DNA from: a virus
Taxonomy: Duplodnaviria > Caudoviricetes
Direction: 5' to 3' (one strand)
IMG/VR virus record: IMGVR_UViG_3300047359_001782
Coordinates: 1 to 64,000 of that record
DNA length: 64,000 bases
Positions 18,323 to 27,868 of the stretch are shown here, piece after piece. Both the position numbers and the translations under genes were made by a program. Numbering within the stretch: position 1 is the first letter of the stretch; every line of letters starts with the position of its first letter. Under the pieces are notes generated by a model. It was not told where the DNA came from and did no database searches. It saw nothing but the letters and a program-made list of their open reading frames with translations.

Positions 18323-19126
18323 ATGAAAAGAAAAATTCTTATAATGGGACTTCCTGGATCAGGAAAGACGACACTAGCTGAAAAGCTCGTTGCCAAGTTA
18401 AACGCCGCTTGGTTTAATGCAGATGCTGTAAGGCAGGACATCTATTCGGAACTGGGTTTCTCGGAAGAGGATCGGCTTTCTCATGCAAAAAGAATGAGCA
18501 AGTTGTGTGACTGGGCAAAAATGGGAGGTAATTATGTGATTGCGGATTTTGTGTGTCCAACCCAAGAAACTAGGAAGGCATTTAATGCAGATTTTACAAT
18601 ATGGGTAGATAGAATTCAAGAAGGTAGATATGAAGATACAAACAAGATGTTTGAAAAGCCTTTGAACTATGACCTGAGATTAATAGATGGAACTCCAGAA
18701 GAGTGGGTTAGTAAAGTTGTTGGTAAATTAAATGAAACTGAAGCGTGGGATAACCAAGCTCCAACTGCATTGCTCATAGGTAGATATCAGCCATTTCATA
18801 TTGGGCACAAAAGCCTTGTTGCGGAAGCAATTAAAAGAACAGGGCAATGCTGTATTGCATTAAGAGATGTTGGAGGAATTGATGATAGTAATCCCTATGA
18901 TTTTGAAAAAGTCAAAAAAGAAATACATTCTGCTTGTATCGAATTCGGAAACAAAATTAAGGTTGTTGAACTGCCTAATATTATGGATGTATTTTATGGA
19001 AGAGGTGTTGGTTATAATATCGAACAACTAGAGCTAAGTAAAGAATTACAAGAAGTGTCTGCCACCAAGATCAGGGATGGTCAAATTGGTCAAGATGGAA
19101 AACCTTTAGGCAAAAGACCAGAATAA
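18323..19126 (+). CDS. cysC: adenylylsulfate kinase fused to a HIGH-motif nucleotidyltransferase domain
   Basis: N-terminal GLPGSGKTT, NADAVR, LGFSEEDR, ADFVCP, FEKP; C-terminal GRYQPFHIGH and VSATKIR. Confidence 0.8.
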   Translation: MKRKILIMGLPGSGKTTLAEKLVAKLNAAWFNADAVRQDIYSELGFSEEDRLSHAKRMSKLCDWAKMGGNYVIADFVCPTQETRKAFNADFTIWVDRIQEGRYEDTNKMFEKPLNYDLRLIDGTPEEWVSKVVGKLNETEAWDNQAPTALLIGRYQPFHIGHKSLVAEAIKRTGQCCIALRDVGGIDDSNPYDFEKVKKEIHSACIEFGNKIKVVELPNIMDVFYGRGVGYNIEQLELSKELQEVSATKIRDGQIGQDGKPLGKRPE

Positions 19127-19135
19127 GCTCAATAA

Positions 19136-19768
19136 TTATTCCGCAAATTTGTACCCAAAATACTCAATGTCTTTTGCGTATTTTTCCGCAACGATTTGAC
19201 GAGTTTCGTCATCATAATATTCAGTATATTTTTTATGATTAGTTTTATTTTTATGAGGTAAGTTTTGTTTTTTTATATTAATAGAATCACACACGAAATC
19301 AAAATCTTCTTGATATGTCTCCAGTTTTCCCAAGAAACTTAATTGAAGTTCTTGTTTATCGTCAAAAATTGCGAACCTTGGGTCTGTGAAAGGCATAACA
19401 TGAGACCATCTAAAAAAAGAAAAGTCGTGTTCATTAGGTAAAAAATTAAAAACGAAATCACGAAAATCATGAAATTCATTTTTAAAATTATTTTGAGATA
19501 TTTTTTTTCCGCTAACCCATGGGCATTTCCAGGCTGAAACCACCCTGTCGTATGGATTTCTTGCGAAAGAAAAAGAAAAACTTAATTTTTTTTGGTCCTC
19601 AAAGCTACAATATACATCAGTATTAAACTTTTCATTTAAATATTTAGTGTCTGCGTTTCTTGGGTCAATTAGTATTCCATTATCTCTGCAGATCTGCTCC
19701 ATCGACATTCCTCCGCATTTTGGAAGATGTATAAAAAGAAATTTATTAGGACTATATTCTGTTTTCAT
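19136..19768 (-). CDS. sulfotransferase family 2
   Basis: 5'-PSB FIHLPKCGGMS; 3'-PB RNPYDRVVSAW; C-terminal YTEYYD...Y..DIE.F.Y. Confidence 0.88.
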   Translation of the reverse strand: MKTEYSPNKFLFIHLPKCGGMSMEQICRDNGILIDPRNADTKYLNEKFNTDVYCSFEDQKKLSFSFSFARNPYDRVVSAWKCPWVSGKKISQNNFKNEFHDFRDFVFNFLPNEHDFSFFRWSHVMPFTDPRFAIFDDKQELQLSFLGKLETYQEDFDFVCDSINIKKQNLPHKNKTNHKKYTEYYDDETRQIVAEKYAKDIEYFGYKFAE

Positions 19769-20816
19769 GAAGTTTTTTGAATATTTTTTTTTGTATTTCA
19801 GTTTCAGAGACCTCGGTAAACTGAGACATATAAAGACTTGCCCTGTCAGAGATTTTCTTACATTCTTTGTTATTGGATTTACACCATGCGAGTTTATTCT
19901 CTAGGTCCGACCCATCATCTTTGATTGGAATATAGTGCTCCCATGGTTCAAGCTTAAAATGTAAAATATTATGCCACTTAGGGGTCGTTGCAATAGTTAC
20001 ACTGTTAGACCGTAAGGATTTGCATAAGCTAGAGGGCCAATCATAGCCTTCTAGGTTTAGTATGTATTTATAAGAGCAAATATCTTGAGCCCACGATAAT
20101 TGTTCGCCCAATGCGTGAGGATTATTTTTAAGAAATAAATCAAAATCCTGCAATCTATCTTTAGTAAATTTATTTTTAAATTTCAAGGGGAAGTCAACGA
20201 ATTTTATATTATATTTTTTTGAAAATTTGTTGACAAAAATGAACCTTTGAACTTCTTTAATGCTTTTATTAAAATCAGAAAATTTACCAACGCGATTAAG
20301 TTGGCGGTCTAACCCTGATGCGACTCCCCTCCATACGATTTCGTCTTTTTTATCTTCAAAATTATAGTGATCTTGCCATTTCGATACTATTCTTTCGTGC
20401 GTTTGGCTCAGAGACCATAGTATAGAATAATCTTTGTCAGCAGGGCGATTGTGAGATACGTATGGATATTTTTTAAGGTTGAGATGATGATTTTTCTGTA
20501 ATCGATTAATCCTTAACTCTAGATTTTTTTCATTCAAGTGATCTCTCGAATCTAAAATTAAACCGGGGTTTTTTTTGATTTCAAAAAATTTACATTTCTC
20601 TATCCAATACAAAAATCTTTGGTCGTCGGGGCTAAATAAAGAATAATCTTCCCAGTCAAGCTCTAAATTAGATGGATATTTTTGAAAATGCCACTTTCCC
20701 ATCCGAAATTTAACAGCTTGATCGATGTATGACATTTCATTCTCCAAATTTGTAATTAAAAAATTCAATGTCTTTTGAGTAGTTTTTGGCGAACGAATTT
20801 TTAGCTTCCTCGTCAT
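19752..20816 (-). CDS. glycosyltransferase family 90 (CAP10-like)
   Basis: VWRG..SG, YKYILNLEG..W...L, L.PW.HYIP. Confidence 0.8.
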   Translation of the reverse strand: MTRKLKIRSPKTTQKTLNFLITNLENEMSYIDQAVKFRMGKWHFQKYPSNLELDWEDYSLFSPDDQRFLYWIEKCKFFEIKKNPGLILDSRDHLNEKNLELRINRLQKNHHLNLKKYPYVSHNRPADKDYSILWSLSQTHERIVSKWQDHYNFEDKKDEIVWRGVASGLDRQLNRVGKFSDFNKSIKEVQRFIFVNKFSKKYNIKFVDFPLKFKNKFTKDRLQDFDLFLKNNPHALGEQLSWAQDICSYKYILNLEGYDWPSSLCKSLRSNSVTIATTPKWHNILHFKLEPWEHYIPIKDDGSDLENKLAWCKSNNKECKKISDRASLYMSQFTEVSETEIQKKIFKKLHENRI

Positions 20817-21453
20817 AGTACTCTGTGTAATGTTTGTGTTTAGATTTATTAGAATGCGGCAACTCCATCTGAGGCAAGCCTATTTTTTCGCAAACATAAT
20901 TAAAATCTTGCTGAAGATTTTCTGATTTGCCGATAAAGTCTAAGCCTAATTTACCTTCTTTATTTAAAACCCACTGATGCTGCCCATCTCTAAATTTTCC
21001 CCAGTTTTCAGCTCTCGAAGCAAAATGTTTAAATGGTTTTTGAAGATTTTTGTTCGACACTGCCCATTCGTGTCCTTTTTCCGCTTGCTGTCTACCAAAA
21101 AAATATTGAGATACTTTTCTGTCCCAAGGGTTTCTGCAAAATGCAAACTTAAAATACTCGTCTAAGTTAATTTTTTCCCTATTAAAAACAGACTCTACTA
21201 AAGAAAAGGTGCTATGTTGATGAAATTCTTCATACAGCCTTAACTGATCTTCTGTATAATCATGTATTATTTCCCAGTTTGCCGAAGTGCCTGATATAGG
21301 TAGCTCGTCATATCCCACTTTAAAAGAAATTAAATCTTCCATTTCGAGCATTCCGTTTTTATGGAAATGGTTTTCTATTTTTTTTCTAATTGATGTGCCT
21401 GCGCATTTTGGAATATGTATAAAAATAAATTTTTTTGAGTGTGATATTATCAT
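20737..21453 (-). CDS. sulfotransferase family 2
   Basis: FIFIHIPKCAGTSI, RNPWDRKVSQY, DFIGK.ENL. Confidence 0.9.
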   Translation of the reverse strand: MIISHSKKFIFIHIPKCAGTSIRKKIENHFHKNGMLEMEDLISFKVGYDELPISGTSANWEIIHDYTEDQLRLYEEFHQHSTFSLVESVFNREKINLDEYFKFAFCRNPWDRKVSQYFFGRQQAEKGHEWAVSNKNLQKPFKHFASRAENWGKFRDGQHQWVLNKEGKLGLDFIGKSENLQQDFNYVCEKIGLPQMELPHSNKSKHKHYTEYYDEEAKNSFAKNYSKDIEFFNYKFGE

Positions 21454-22172
21454 GATAAAAAAGTTTGGTTTTCATAGATTACACTTCCCATTTCGCTTTG
21501 ATCATCTTCGACTCCACAACTTCCTTTTGAGAAAAAACTTTCAGAGGGGTATGCCGTTGCGAAAATAAGATGCGAAAAGCTATTTAATAGCAAATCAATG
21601 TTTTCATTCCAAGGGCGAACTTCAAGCAATCTTCTAATCCCCTCCTTGTTAATTAATTGGGCGGTAGTGTACCACTGCGGAATCATTTTATAAAAATTGT
21701 GACCTACTAAAAAAGCTTCATTAAACTGTTGCGATTTCGAAAAATTCCAATAACCTGTGTCTTCTGGCCAAAACCCTTTTCCTTCTCCCACATGAAGCCG
21801 TACAAAATGAGTGCCTATTGAATCGGCTTTTTCGGCAATTAATTCAGCTTCTTCGATAAAGCCTTTTTTTACTCCAGCATCGTCTTCTAATATTAAAAAC
21901 CAATTTTCTTTGAGATCTTCTTTGAGTATTTTGCTAAATAAAACTGAATAAGATAAATTGCAACCTAATTTTCCAGGCATGTTTTTCCATTTATCTTTGT
22001 AAAAATCTGTGTGAAAATGATGCTTGCGATCAAATTCACATAAAGATTCATAGTTTTCAAGTCCGTCTACCGCTTCAAATAAATTTAAATTACCATCAGA
22101 CAAAGTCTTGGCCAGCTTAAAGTTTTCAACCCTCTCTTTGGATTTCATGTATGTTATCATGTATGCTTTCAT
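21450..22172 (-). CDS. glycosyltransferase family 25
   Basis: FEAVDG, GKLGCNLS, LILEDDA. Confidence 0.8.
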   Translation of the reverse strand: MKAYMITYMKSKERVENFKLAKTLSDGNLNLFEAVDGLENYESLCEFDRKHHFHTDFYKDKWKNMPGKLGCNLSYSVLFSKILKEDLKENWFLILEDDAGVKKGFIEEAELIAEKADSIGTHFVRLHVGEGKGFWPEDTGYWNFSKSQQFNEAFLVGHNFYKMIPQWYTTAQLINKEGIRRLLEVRPWNENIDLLLNSFSHLIFATAYPSESFFSKGSCGVEDDQSEMGSVIYENQTFLS

Positions 22173-23164
22173 AATTTATCAATTAATTCGCTATATACTA
22201 AATTGATATTATCAGAAGAATCTACGCTGTATCTCTCATGAAAAAATGATGTTTCTTTTTGAGAAATATAATTTTTATATTCTTCGCTATCATTCCAATC
22301 TTGATTTCTTTCAACTCTTTCTTGGAAAAATGCGTAGATATCTTTTCTTAAAAATTTATAATGCAAAAGAGCGCAAAATGCTTCTGTATCTCTAACGGTC
22401 TCTAAGCTTTTTTTAACGGCTTCAAGGTAAGATTTTTTATCAAAATATGATGTTGATGAAACTGGTGCTATGGCTATATTATTAAGATAGAAGTTGTAAA
22501 ATTCAGATAAAGGTTTGATCCAGTGCCATCCCCCGCTAACATGGTGAGATAAATAAAATTCGTTTTTGAATAAACTGCATTTACTGATCATATTAAACGA
22601 ATCATAAACTCTTTTTCTAAGTCCTCCCATGACATATTTTTGACCAAAATCGCTGTAGCCATCTTTGTAATATATTTCATTAAACCGATCAAAAAAACAA
22701 GAACTTTCTATAGTTTGGTTATGTACAGAATTTAAGTTTTTTGGATACATATCTACGAGTATTGATCTCGCAGAATTTAATTTACGTGCTTCAAGATTGC
22801 TGATTAAATCTATTATCTTTTGGTTATTTTTTGGCATAAAAAATTCATCAGCATCAATAGTGATGCACCAATTATCAATGCAATATTTTTGCATAAAATC
22901 ATTAGCCCAATTGCTACCCCATTTGGAAGCAATAAAAGATTCTTCGCATATATAAGCTTCAATGTTATATTTTGAGCTTAAATCTTTTAGTATATTAATT
23001 GTATTATCATCAGATAAATTGTCAAAAAAAACAAAATGAGAGACTCCGTGCGAATAATAGTGGTCTAGGAAGCTATGTAAAATATGCTCTTCATTGCGCA
23101 TTGGACAAAGACAAATGATCGAGTCTTTTTTTATACTGCTGGAAAAACTTAAAATTTTTTTCAT
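22169..23164 (-). CDS. glycosyltransferase family 2-like
   Basis: RNEE..L..FLDHY, DNLSDD, IDADEF, LLHYKF. Confidence 0.8.
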   Translation of the reverse strand: MKKILSFSSSIKKDSIICLCPMRNEEHILHSFLDHYYSHGVSHFVFFDNLSDDNTINILKDLSSKYNIEAYICEESFIASKWGSNWANDFMQKYCIDNWCITIDADEFFMPKNNQKIIDLISNLEARKLNSARSILVDMYPKNLNSVHNQTIESSCFFDRFNEIYYKDGYSDFGQKYVMGGLRKRVYDSFNMISKCSLFKNEFYLSHHVSGGWHWIKPLSEFYNFYLNNIAIAPVSSTSYFDKKSYLEAVKKSLETVRDTEAFCALLHYKFLRKDIYAFFQERVERNQDWNDSEEYKNYISQKETSFFHERYSVDSSDNINLVYSELIDKL

Positions 23165-24724
23165 TTATAAAAGATATTCTAACAGTAATTGAATATAGCT
23201 TAATTTATCTGAAAAACTTTTAGAATCTAGATTTTTTGCAAATAGTTTATCTTTGTTTTGGTTGAGAAAAATCTCTAACTCTTCTGGGTAGGAGTGTTTT
23301 TGTCCTAAGATAAATTTGTTAGAAATTAATTGCCAAGCACATCGTTTTATAAACCAATGTTCTTCAAGTCTTGCTGGAAATATTTTATGGTAAACCAAGC
23401 AATCTGAGCTGTAAACACATGTATAATTTTGTTTTAGTCTAGAAAATAATTCATCTTCTTCTCCGCTCATTAAAATTTGACCTCGCCTTCCTAATGCGAC
23501 ATTAAACCCTCCAGATTTTTTGAGAATAGAGGTGCGAAAGCACATATTTGTTCCGACTATATATTCCTCAGATTCTTCCGTAAGAATGACATTTTTTGAA
23601 TCGGAATTTTGTATTGATAAAAACTTAAGTAAATTATCGTTTAGCCAGTCAGGTCTTTCGCTGATCCACTTGGGGACAACTTTTCCACCACAAACCGCAA
23701 GATTCTGGAATTTTAAAAATTTAGATTTAAAATTCTCAAGTAAGTCAAAATTTGCTATCGCATCATCGTCTATGTAAAAAATTAAGTCAGTTGTGCATTT
23801 ATCTATAGCTATATTACGAGACTCGGACAACCCAGATGTTGGGGTGTGAATATACTCGCAGTGATCATATAAATCGCAAAGAGACTTTAACTTTTTAAAA
23901 TGCTCTAATCTCTCACCATCGATTTGATTTATGGGAAAATTATCTATAATAAAAATTTTATTTTTATCATCTGATATAGTTTGTTGTATTAATGATAAAA
24001 GAGTTTCTCTGCAGGATTCATAATTGCCATAAGTACAGATGCAAGAGGTAATGCTTAAGTCTTTTTTCCAAAATTCAAAATTATCTTCTATTTTTTTATA
24101 ATTTTTTGGGTGATATCTTATCAGATCTTTGTTGATGAAATTTATTCTATAATGGAAGCCTACTTTTTCAAGAGTACAATATTCTATAAATTTAAGATGC
24201 TCACATTTAATTGAATTTTTAGTAAAATTATTTTCGTAAAAAATGTCCAAATTAAGTAATTTTGGGTCTTCATGAATTGATATGAGTTTTTTTGCACCTC
24301 GATTTGAAATGTAATAGCAAGCGGAGGATAAGAAATCTGTTGAAGTGAAATTTACAAAATCTAATTTTTCTGGAATATCTGGATTGGAAAGTAAAAGCGT
24401 TAAGAAGTCGGAAAAATTGACATTATCTTCAATAACAAAGCAAAAATCAAGCTCTTGCTCTGCGACTTTGCGCCATATATTTATGTGGGTTTGACATAAT
24501 CCAATAAGTTGAGGATTTGTTGAAAAAGAAATAGATTGTTCTTTGCTTATTGGGGTAATATTCTGCAATGAATTATGAGTTAAATCAACTACATTAAGAG
24601 TGTCAATTAGTTCTACTTCTTCTAAAGAATTTTTAATCTCATCTGGTAGCAAATCAAATAAATTAAACGCATCTTTATACGAATTAGATTCTTCGTGACA
24701 AATAAAAAATATTTTAAAATTCAT
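23165..24724 (-). CDS. two-domain glycosyltransferase (GT25-like plus GT2)
   Basis: N-terminal IGLCQTH..IW, IEDN, YYIS..GAKKL; C-terminal ICTY, GLSESRN, YIDDDA, GTNMCFR. Confidence 0.8.
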   Translation of the reverse strand: MNFKIFFICHEESNSYKDAFNLFDLLPDEIKNSLEEVELIDTLNVVDLTHNSLQNITPISKEQSISFSTNPQLIGLCQTHINIWRKVAEQELDFCFVIEDNVNFSDFLTLLLSNPDIPEKLDFVNFTSTDFLSSACYYISNRGAKKLISIHEDPKLLNLDIFYENNFTKNSIKCEHLKFIEYCTLEKVGFHYRINFINKDLIRYHPKNYKKIEDNFEFWKKDLSITSCICTYGNYESCRETLLSLIQQTISDDKNKIFIIDNFPINQIDGERLEHFKKLKSLCDLYDHCEYIHTPTSGLSESRNIAIDKCTTDLIFYIDDDAIANFDLLENFKSKFLKFQNLAVCGGKVVPKWISERPDWLNDNLLKFLSIQNSDSKNVILTEESEEYIVGTNMCFRTSILKKSGGFNVALGRRGQILMSGEEDELFSRLKQNYTCVYSSDCLVYHKIFPARLEEHWFIKRCAWQLISNKFILGQKHSYPEELEIFLNQNKDKLFAKNLDSKSFSDKLSYIQLLLEYLL

Positions 24725-24951
24725 TGTTTTTGACTTACACTATTAAGCTTTCTTTTTTCTATCTCTTTAAGGTATTCTGGCCAAAAGAAGTAAAATGCTG
24801 CATCATCTTTATTATATATTGCAGTTTTTAGCTCTTGCTCGTATAAATGATACCAATCTCTATTTTTATCTAAAAATAGTGTGTCTCTCGGCATAGGCTC
24901 TTTTTTATGAGAGCAGCCTATAGTAAAAAGAAAGCAAAACAAAAAACGCAT
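24721..24951 (-). CDS. putative lipoprotein
   Basis: MRFLFCFLFTIGC lipobox; GTGTA-N10-ATG places the start at 24951. Confidence 0.6.
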   Translation of the reverse strand: MRFLFCFLFTIGCSHKKEPMPRDTLFLDKNRDWYHLYEQELKTAIYNKDDAAFYFFWPEYLKEIEKRKLNSVSQKQ

Positions 24952-24961
24952 ATAATATATA

Positions 24962-24978
24962 TACACTATAGATGTGTA
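24962..24978. promoter_or_regulatory. back-to-back GTGTA motifs (putative divergent late promoters)
   Basis: TACAC at 24962..24966 and GTGTA at 24974..24978, 10 and 9 nt from the divergent ATGs. Confidence 0.65.
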
Positions 24979-24987
24979 ACAACTTAT

Positions 24988-25896
24988 ATGATTGGAAGAA
25001 TAATTAAAAAAAATTTATACAAAAATAAAGTCTTAAATGTCCCCGAAACTCCTGTAGACGAAAGGGATTGGTTGTTTAGCGAAGATATGCTTGTCGGCAA
25101 TCAATCAGTCTCTAATAAAGAGTTTAGCAGAAAAAACTTAACCCCATCAGTTAAGAATCAAGGTAAGATAGGGTCTTGCGTTGGTCACAGCGGTAGGGTG
25201 GTTTATGGAGATACTCCAGAATTTAAAGCTAAAGAGCCAAGCGCTATGTGGATATATAAAAAAGGTAAGGAAAATGACCCGTTTCCCGGAGAAGATTACT
25301 CAGGAACAACAATAAAAGGCGCATGTAGGGGCTTGGTTATCGAGGGTTGCTGCGAAGAAGAATATTGGCCATACAGGGATAACGAAGACACTCAGATGAT
25401 AGAGGGGGCACAGCAGAATGCTTCTAAGTATAAAATTGAGTCTTATCATGTTGTTTTGAAAAGTAATCATAATTTAATTAAAAAGGCTTTGCTTCAAGAA
25501 TCTTTATGGACATCTATTAATGTGCACGAAGCTTTATACTACACCCCATCAAATGGAATTGTTAACTCAGAAAAATACTTAAAATCTAAACCGATTGGAG
25601 GTCACGCTATAGCTATGACCGGCTGGGAAATAATTGACGGCGATTTATATTGGGAGTTTCAGAACAGTTGGGGTAAATGGTTTGGTAAAAGAGGTTTTTT
25701 TTACTTGGAAAGCTCTTTGTATGAAAAAATACTAATTAATGCTCTAGGCCCAATCTATTTAAAAACTAAATCTGATTCCTTACCCGTAGACCCGAATAAA
25801 AAAATAGAGCCTAAGAAAAATAAATCTATTTTTAGAATAATAGGAATGGCCGTCACTTCAATTCTAGCTTGGTTGTCTAAAAAAATATTTAAGTAG
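24988..25896 (+). CDS. papain-like cysteine peptidase (C1 family)
   Basis: VKNQGKIGSC (catalytic Cys), GGHA (His), QNSWG (Asn); hydrophobic C-terminal tail. Confidence 0.88.
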   Translation: MIGRIIKKNLYKNKVLNVPETPVDERDWLFSEDMLVGNQSVSNKEFSRKNLTPSVKNQGKIGSCVGHSGRVVYGDTPEFKAKEPSAMWIYKKGKENDPFPGEDYSGTTIKGACRGLVIEGCCEEEYWPYRDNEDTQMIEGAQQNASKYKIESYHVVLKSNHNLIKKALLQESLWTSINVHEALYYTPSNGIVNSEKYLKSKPIGGHAIAMTGWEIIDGDLYWEFQNSWGKWFGKRGFFYLESSLYEKILINALGPIYLKTKSDSLPVDPNKKIEPKKNKSIFRIIGMAVTSILAWLSKKIFK

Positions 25897-25939
25897 CAAT
25901 CGTTTTTTTTAAAAAAAATTATTCTTAGGGTGTTTGGTA

Positions 25940-26599
25940 TTACAGTATCATCATTTTTTCGTGGCCAACAATAATAGTTGGATCAATGTATGTTTTGAAA
26001 CCTTTATCTGCTGCACGATGCATAAAAGCGCAATCAGTTGTAGTCATTTCTTTTACATCTCCGATTTCAAGCCAGGTTGGTTGCACCCAAGGATAGTCTA
26101 AAGATTCAAAAACTCCTTTTTTGACGAGAAGCCATCCAAATCCTGTATATGAAACTGGAAATATATTTTTGCGACCTTCGATATCTTTTGACGTTAAAAA
26201 TTGAAAGTGCCCATTTTTCTTAAAAAAGTCTAAATTCCAGTTTTCTACTGTAGCAAAATAAGTTCCGTCCTGCATAAGATATAAGCCTGATAAAATATCG
26301 ACTTTCGTGTCTTGAGCTCTTCTTAATAAATTAAAAAAATTATCTGGACGAAAAACTTGATCGCTGTCTATCCACATTATATAGTCATAGTCCAACTTTC
26401 CTTGAAATGGTTTTTGATTTTTACCTCCCAAGCTATCCCCACCTAAACACGAATTGCAGACAAAGTATCTATTTACGCTATACTTTTGAGAGAGGCCCCA
26501 TTGTATGCCGTGATTTGGGAGCTCTGTGATTAAATCTGTCCAACTAACTAAAAAGTTATTAGTGAATTCTCTTCCGGGTAGACAAAAAATTATTTTCAT
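25940..26599 (-). CDS. GT-A fold glycosyltransferase
   Basis: YDYIMWIDSD DxD motif, GFGWLLVKKGVFE, VGHEK. Confidence 0.75.
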   Translation of the reverse strand: MKIIFCLPGREFTNNFLVSWTDLITELPNHGIQWGLSQKYSVNRYFVCNSCLGGDSLGGKNQKPFQGKLDYDYIMWIDSDQVFRPDNFFNLLRRAQDTKVDILSGLYLMQDGTYFATVENWNLDFFKKNGHFQFLTSKDIEGRKNIFPVSYTGFGWLLVKKGVFESLDYPWVQPTWLEIGDVKEMTTTDCAFMHRAADKGFKTYIDPTIIVGHEKMMIL

Positions 26600-26769
26600 A
26601 GGTTTTTAATTTCTTTAAAATACTTTTCTACATCTTGTATCTCAAGTAGAATTTTTTTATGATTGTTTTTTCTGGGTTTATTGACTGCCTGTAATAATTC
26701 GACAGAAAGCTCAGCCAGCTCCTCTGCGCATTTTAAAAAAAAGAATTTATCTTGATCTGATAATTTCAA
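26596..26769 (-). CDS. small MazG-like protein (57 aa, not in ORF track)
   Basis: KCAEELAEL...EIQDV acidic helical motif; TTG start; ATGA-coupled to the next gene. Confidence 0.45.
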   Translation of the reverse strand: MKLSDQDKFFFLKCAEELAELSVELLQAVNKPRKNNHKKILLEIQDVEKYFKEIKNL

Positions 26770-26931
26770 ACTATTTCTTGAAATAAGGTTTCTACTGCTT
26801 TTAACTGCGTTCTTGCTTTTTGTGTGAACTCAATTAAATCTAGAACTTTTCTAAAGGTTTGTTTTTTTGACTTATCTTTTTCGTGATACCATAGCGTATA
26901 TACCTCAAAATAAAGTTTATCTCTCTCTTCT

Positions 26932-27138
26932 TTATTCACCTCTTAAGTTTATTCCATGGCATTCGCAGTAAGCTACTGAGTATCCTACATTAAAATTAAA
27001 TTTCTCTATAAAACAAATCAAGCCCAAAATGATATAAGGTTCAAACTTTAAATAACCGAAATTATAAAAAAGCAAAAACCCTATGATCAATAATGGACAA
27101 AACTTGTTAAGAGAATAGTCTACCATTGCCCCTCTCAC
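26932..27138 (-). CDS. small membrane protein
   Basis: Two hydrophobic segments. Confidence 0.5.
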   Translation of the reverse strand: MRGAMVDYSLNKFCPLLIIGFLLFYNFGYLKFEPYIILGLICFIEKFNFNVGYSVAYCECHGINLRGE

Positions 27139-27383
27139 GATGCGCGAGCAAGGGAAACGATTCTATCATGACGAAATGAACGAACTTCTTGACGACCAAA
27201 GCAGTAAGCTTTGAATCCAATATTGTTTCTCTCTTCTTCTTTGTTTCCAAAGGACTCTGTTAATTGAGGGCGGCCAATTTCATAAGTCTTGACCTCATCT
27301 TCTGCATTTTTATATACTACGAAATAACGTTGATCTTGATTTTTCATAACTTTGTTTTTTAACTTTGATTTAATATTGAACAT
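27135..27383 (-). CDS. small WYL-like domain protein
   Basis: AYC..RQEVRSFRHDRI matches the WYL RxFRxDRI motif; promoter at 27390..27418. Confidence 0.6.
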   Translation of the reverse strand: MFNIKSKLKNKVMKNQDQRYFVVYKNAEDEVKTYEIGRPQLTESFGNKEEERNNIGFKAYCFGRQEVRSFRHDRIVSLARAS

Positions 27384-27427
27384 GCTAGTATTATCTCATA
27401 TATTCGGTTTTATGTCAAGGCTTAATT

Positions 27428-27868
27428 TTAAGTTCCTGTACTTCCGAATCCACCTTCTCCACGATCAGTATCTGAAAGCTCTTTCGCTTCCTCGACTTCC
27501 ACCCAAGGAAGTTTAATGATAACCAATTGACCGACTTTATCTCCTATGAGATATTCTTTTTCCCCCAAAGCCGGAATGCTCATTCTTAGTTTAATTTCTC
27601 CTCTATAACCTGAATCAATGACGCCTACAGAATTTCTTAAAAAATGATCTGTGTTTGATATGCTTGATCTAGGAAAAAGCAATCCTACATACCCTCTAGG
27701 TATCTCTACGGCTAAATCTGTACCGTATTCAGAAAACTTTCCTGTACGAACTAGCGTTGTAGCGACTAAGTCCATTCCCGCATCTCCATCTTTTGAATAA
27801 AAAGGAATTTCTGCGCGTTTGTTTAATTTTTTAAACTTTACTTTTACTTTATTCTCACTTCTTTCCAT
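27428..27868 (-). CDS. dut: trimeric dUTPase
   Basis: DAGMDL, PRSS, NSVGVIDSGYRGEI, RGEGGFGSTG. Confidence 0.95.
   Translation of the reverse strand: MERSENKVKVKFKKLNKRAEIPFYSKDGDAGMDLVATTLVRTGKFSEYGTDLAVEIPRGYVGLLFPRSSISNTDHFLRNSVGVIDSGYRGEIKLRMSIPALGEKEYLIGDKVGQLVIIKLPWVEVEEAKELSDTDRGEGGFGSTGT

Noticed and set aside
25903-25918. T-tract/A-tract palindrome between convergent genes
   Set aside because: No GC stem; too weak to call as a terminator in AT-rich DNA
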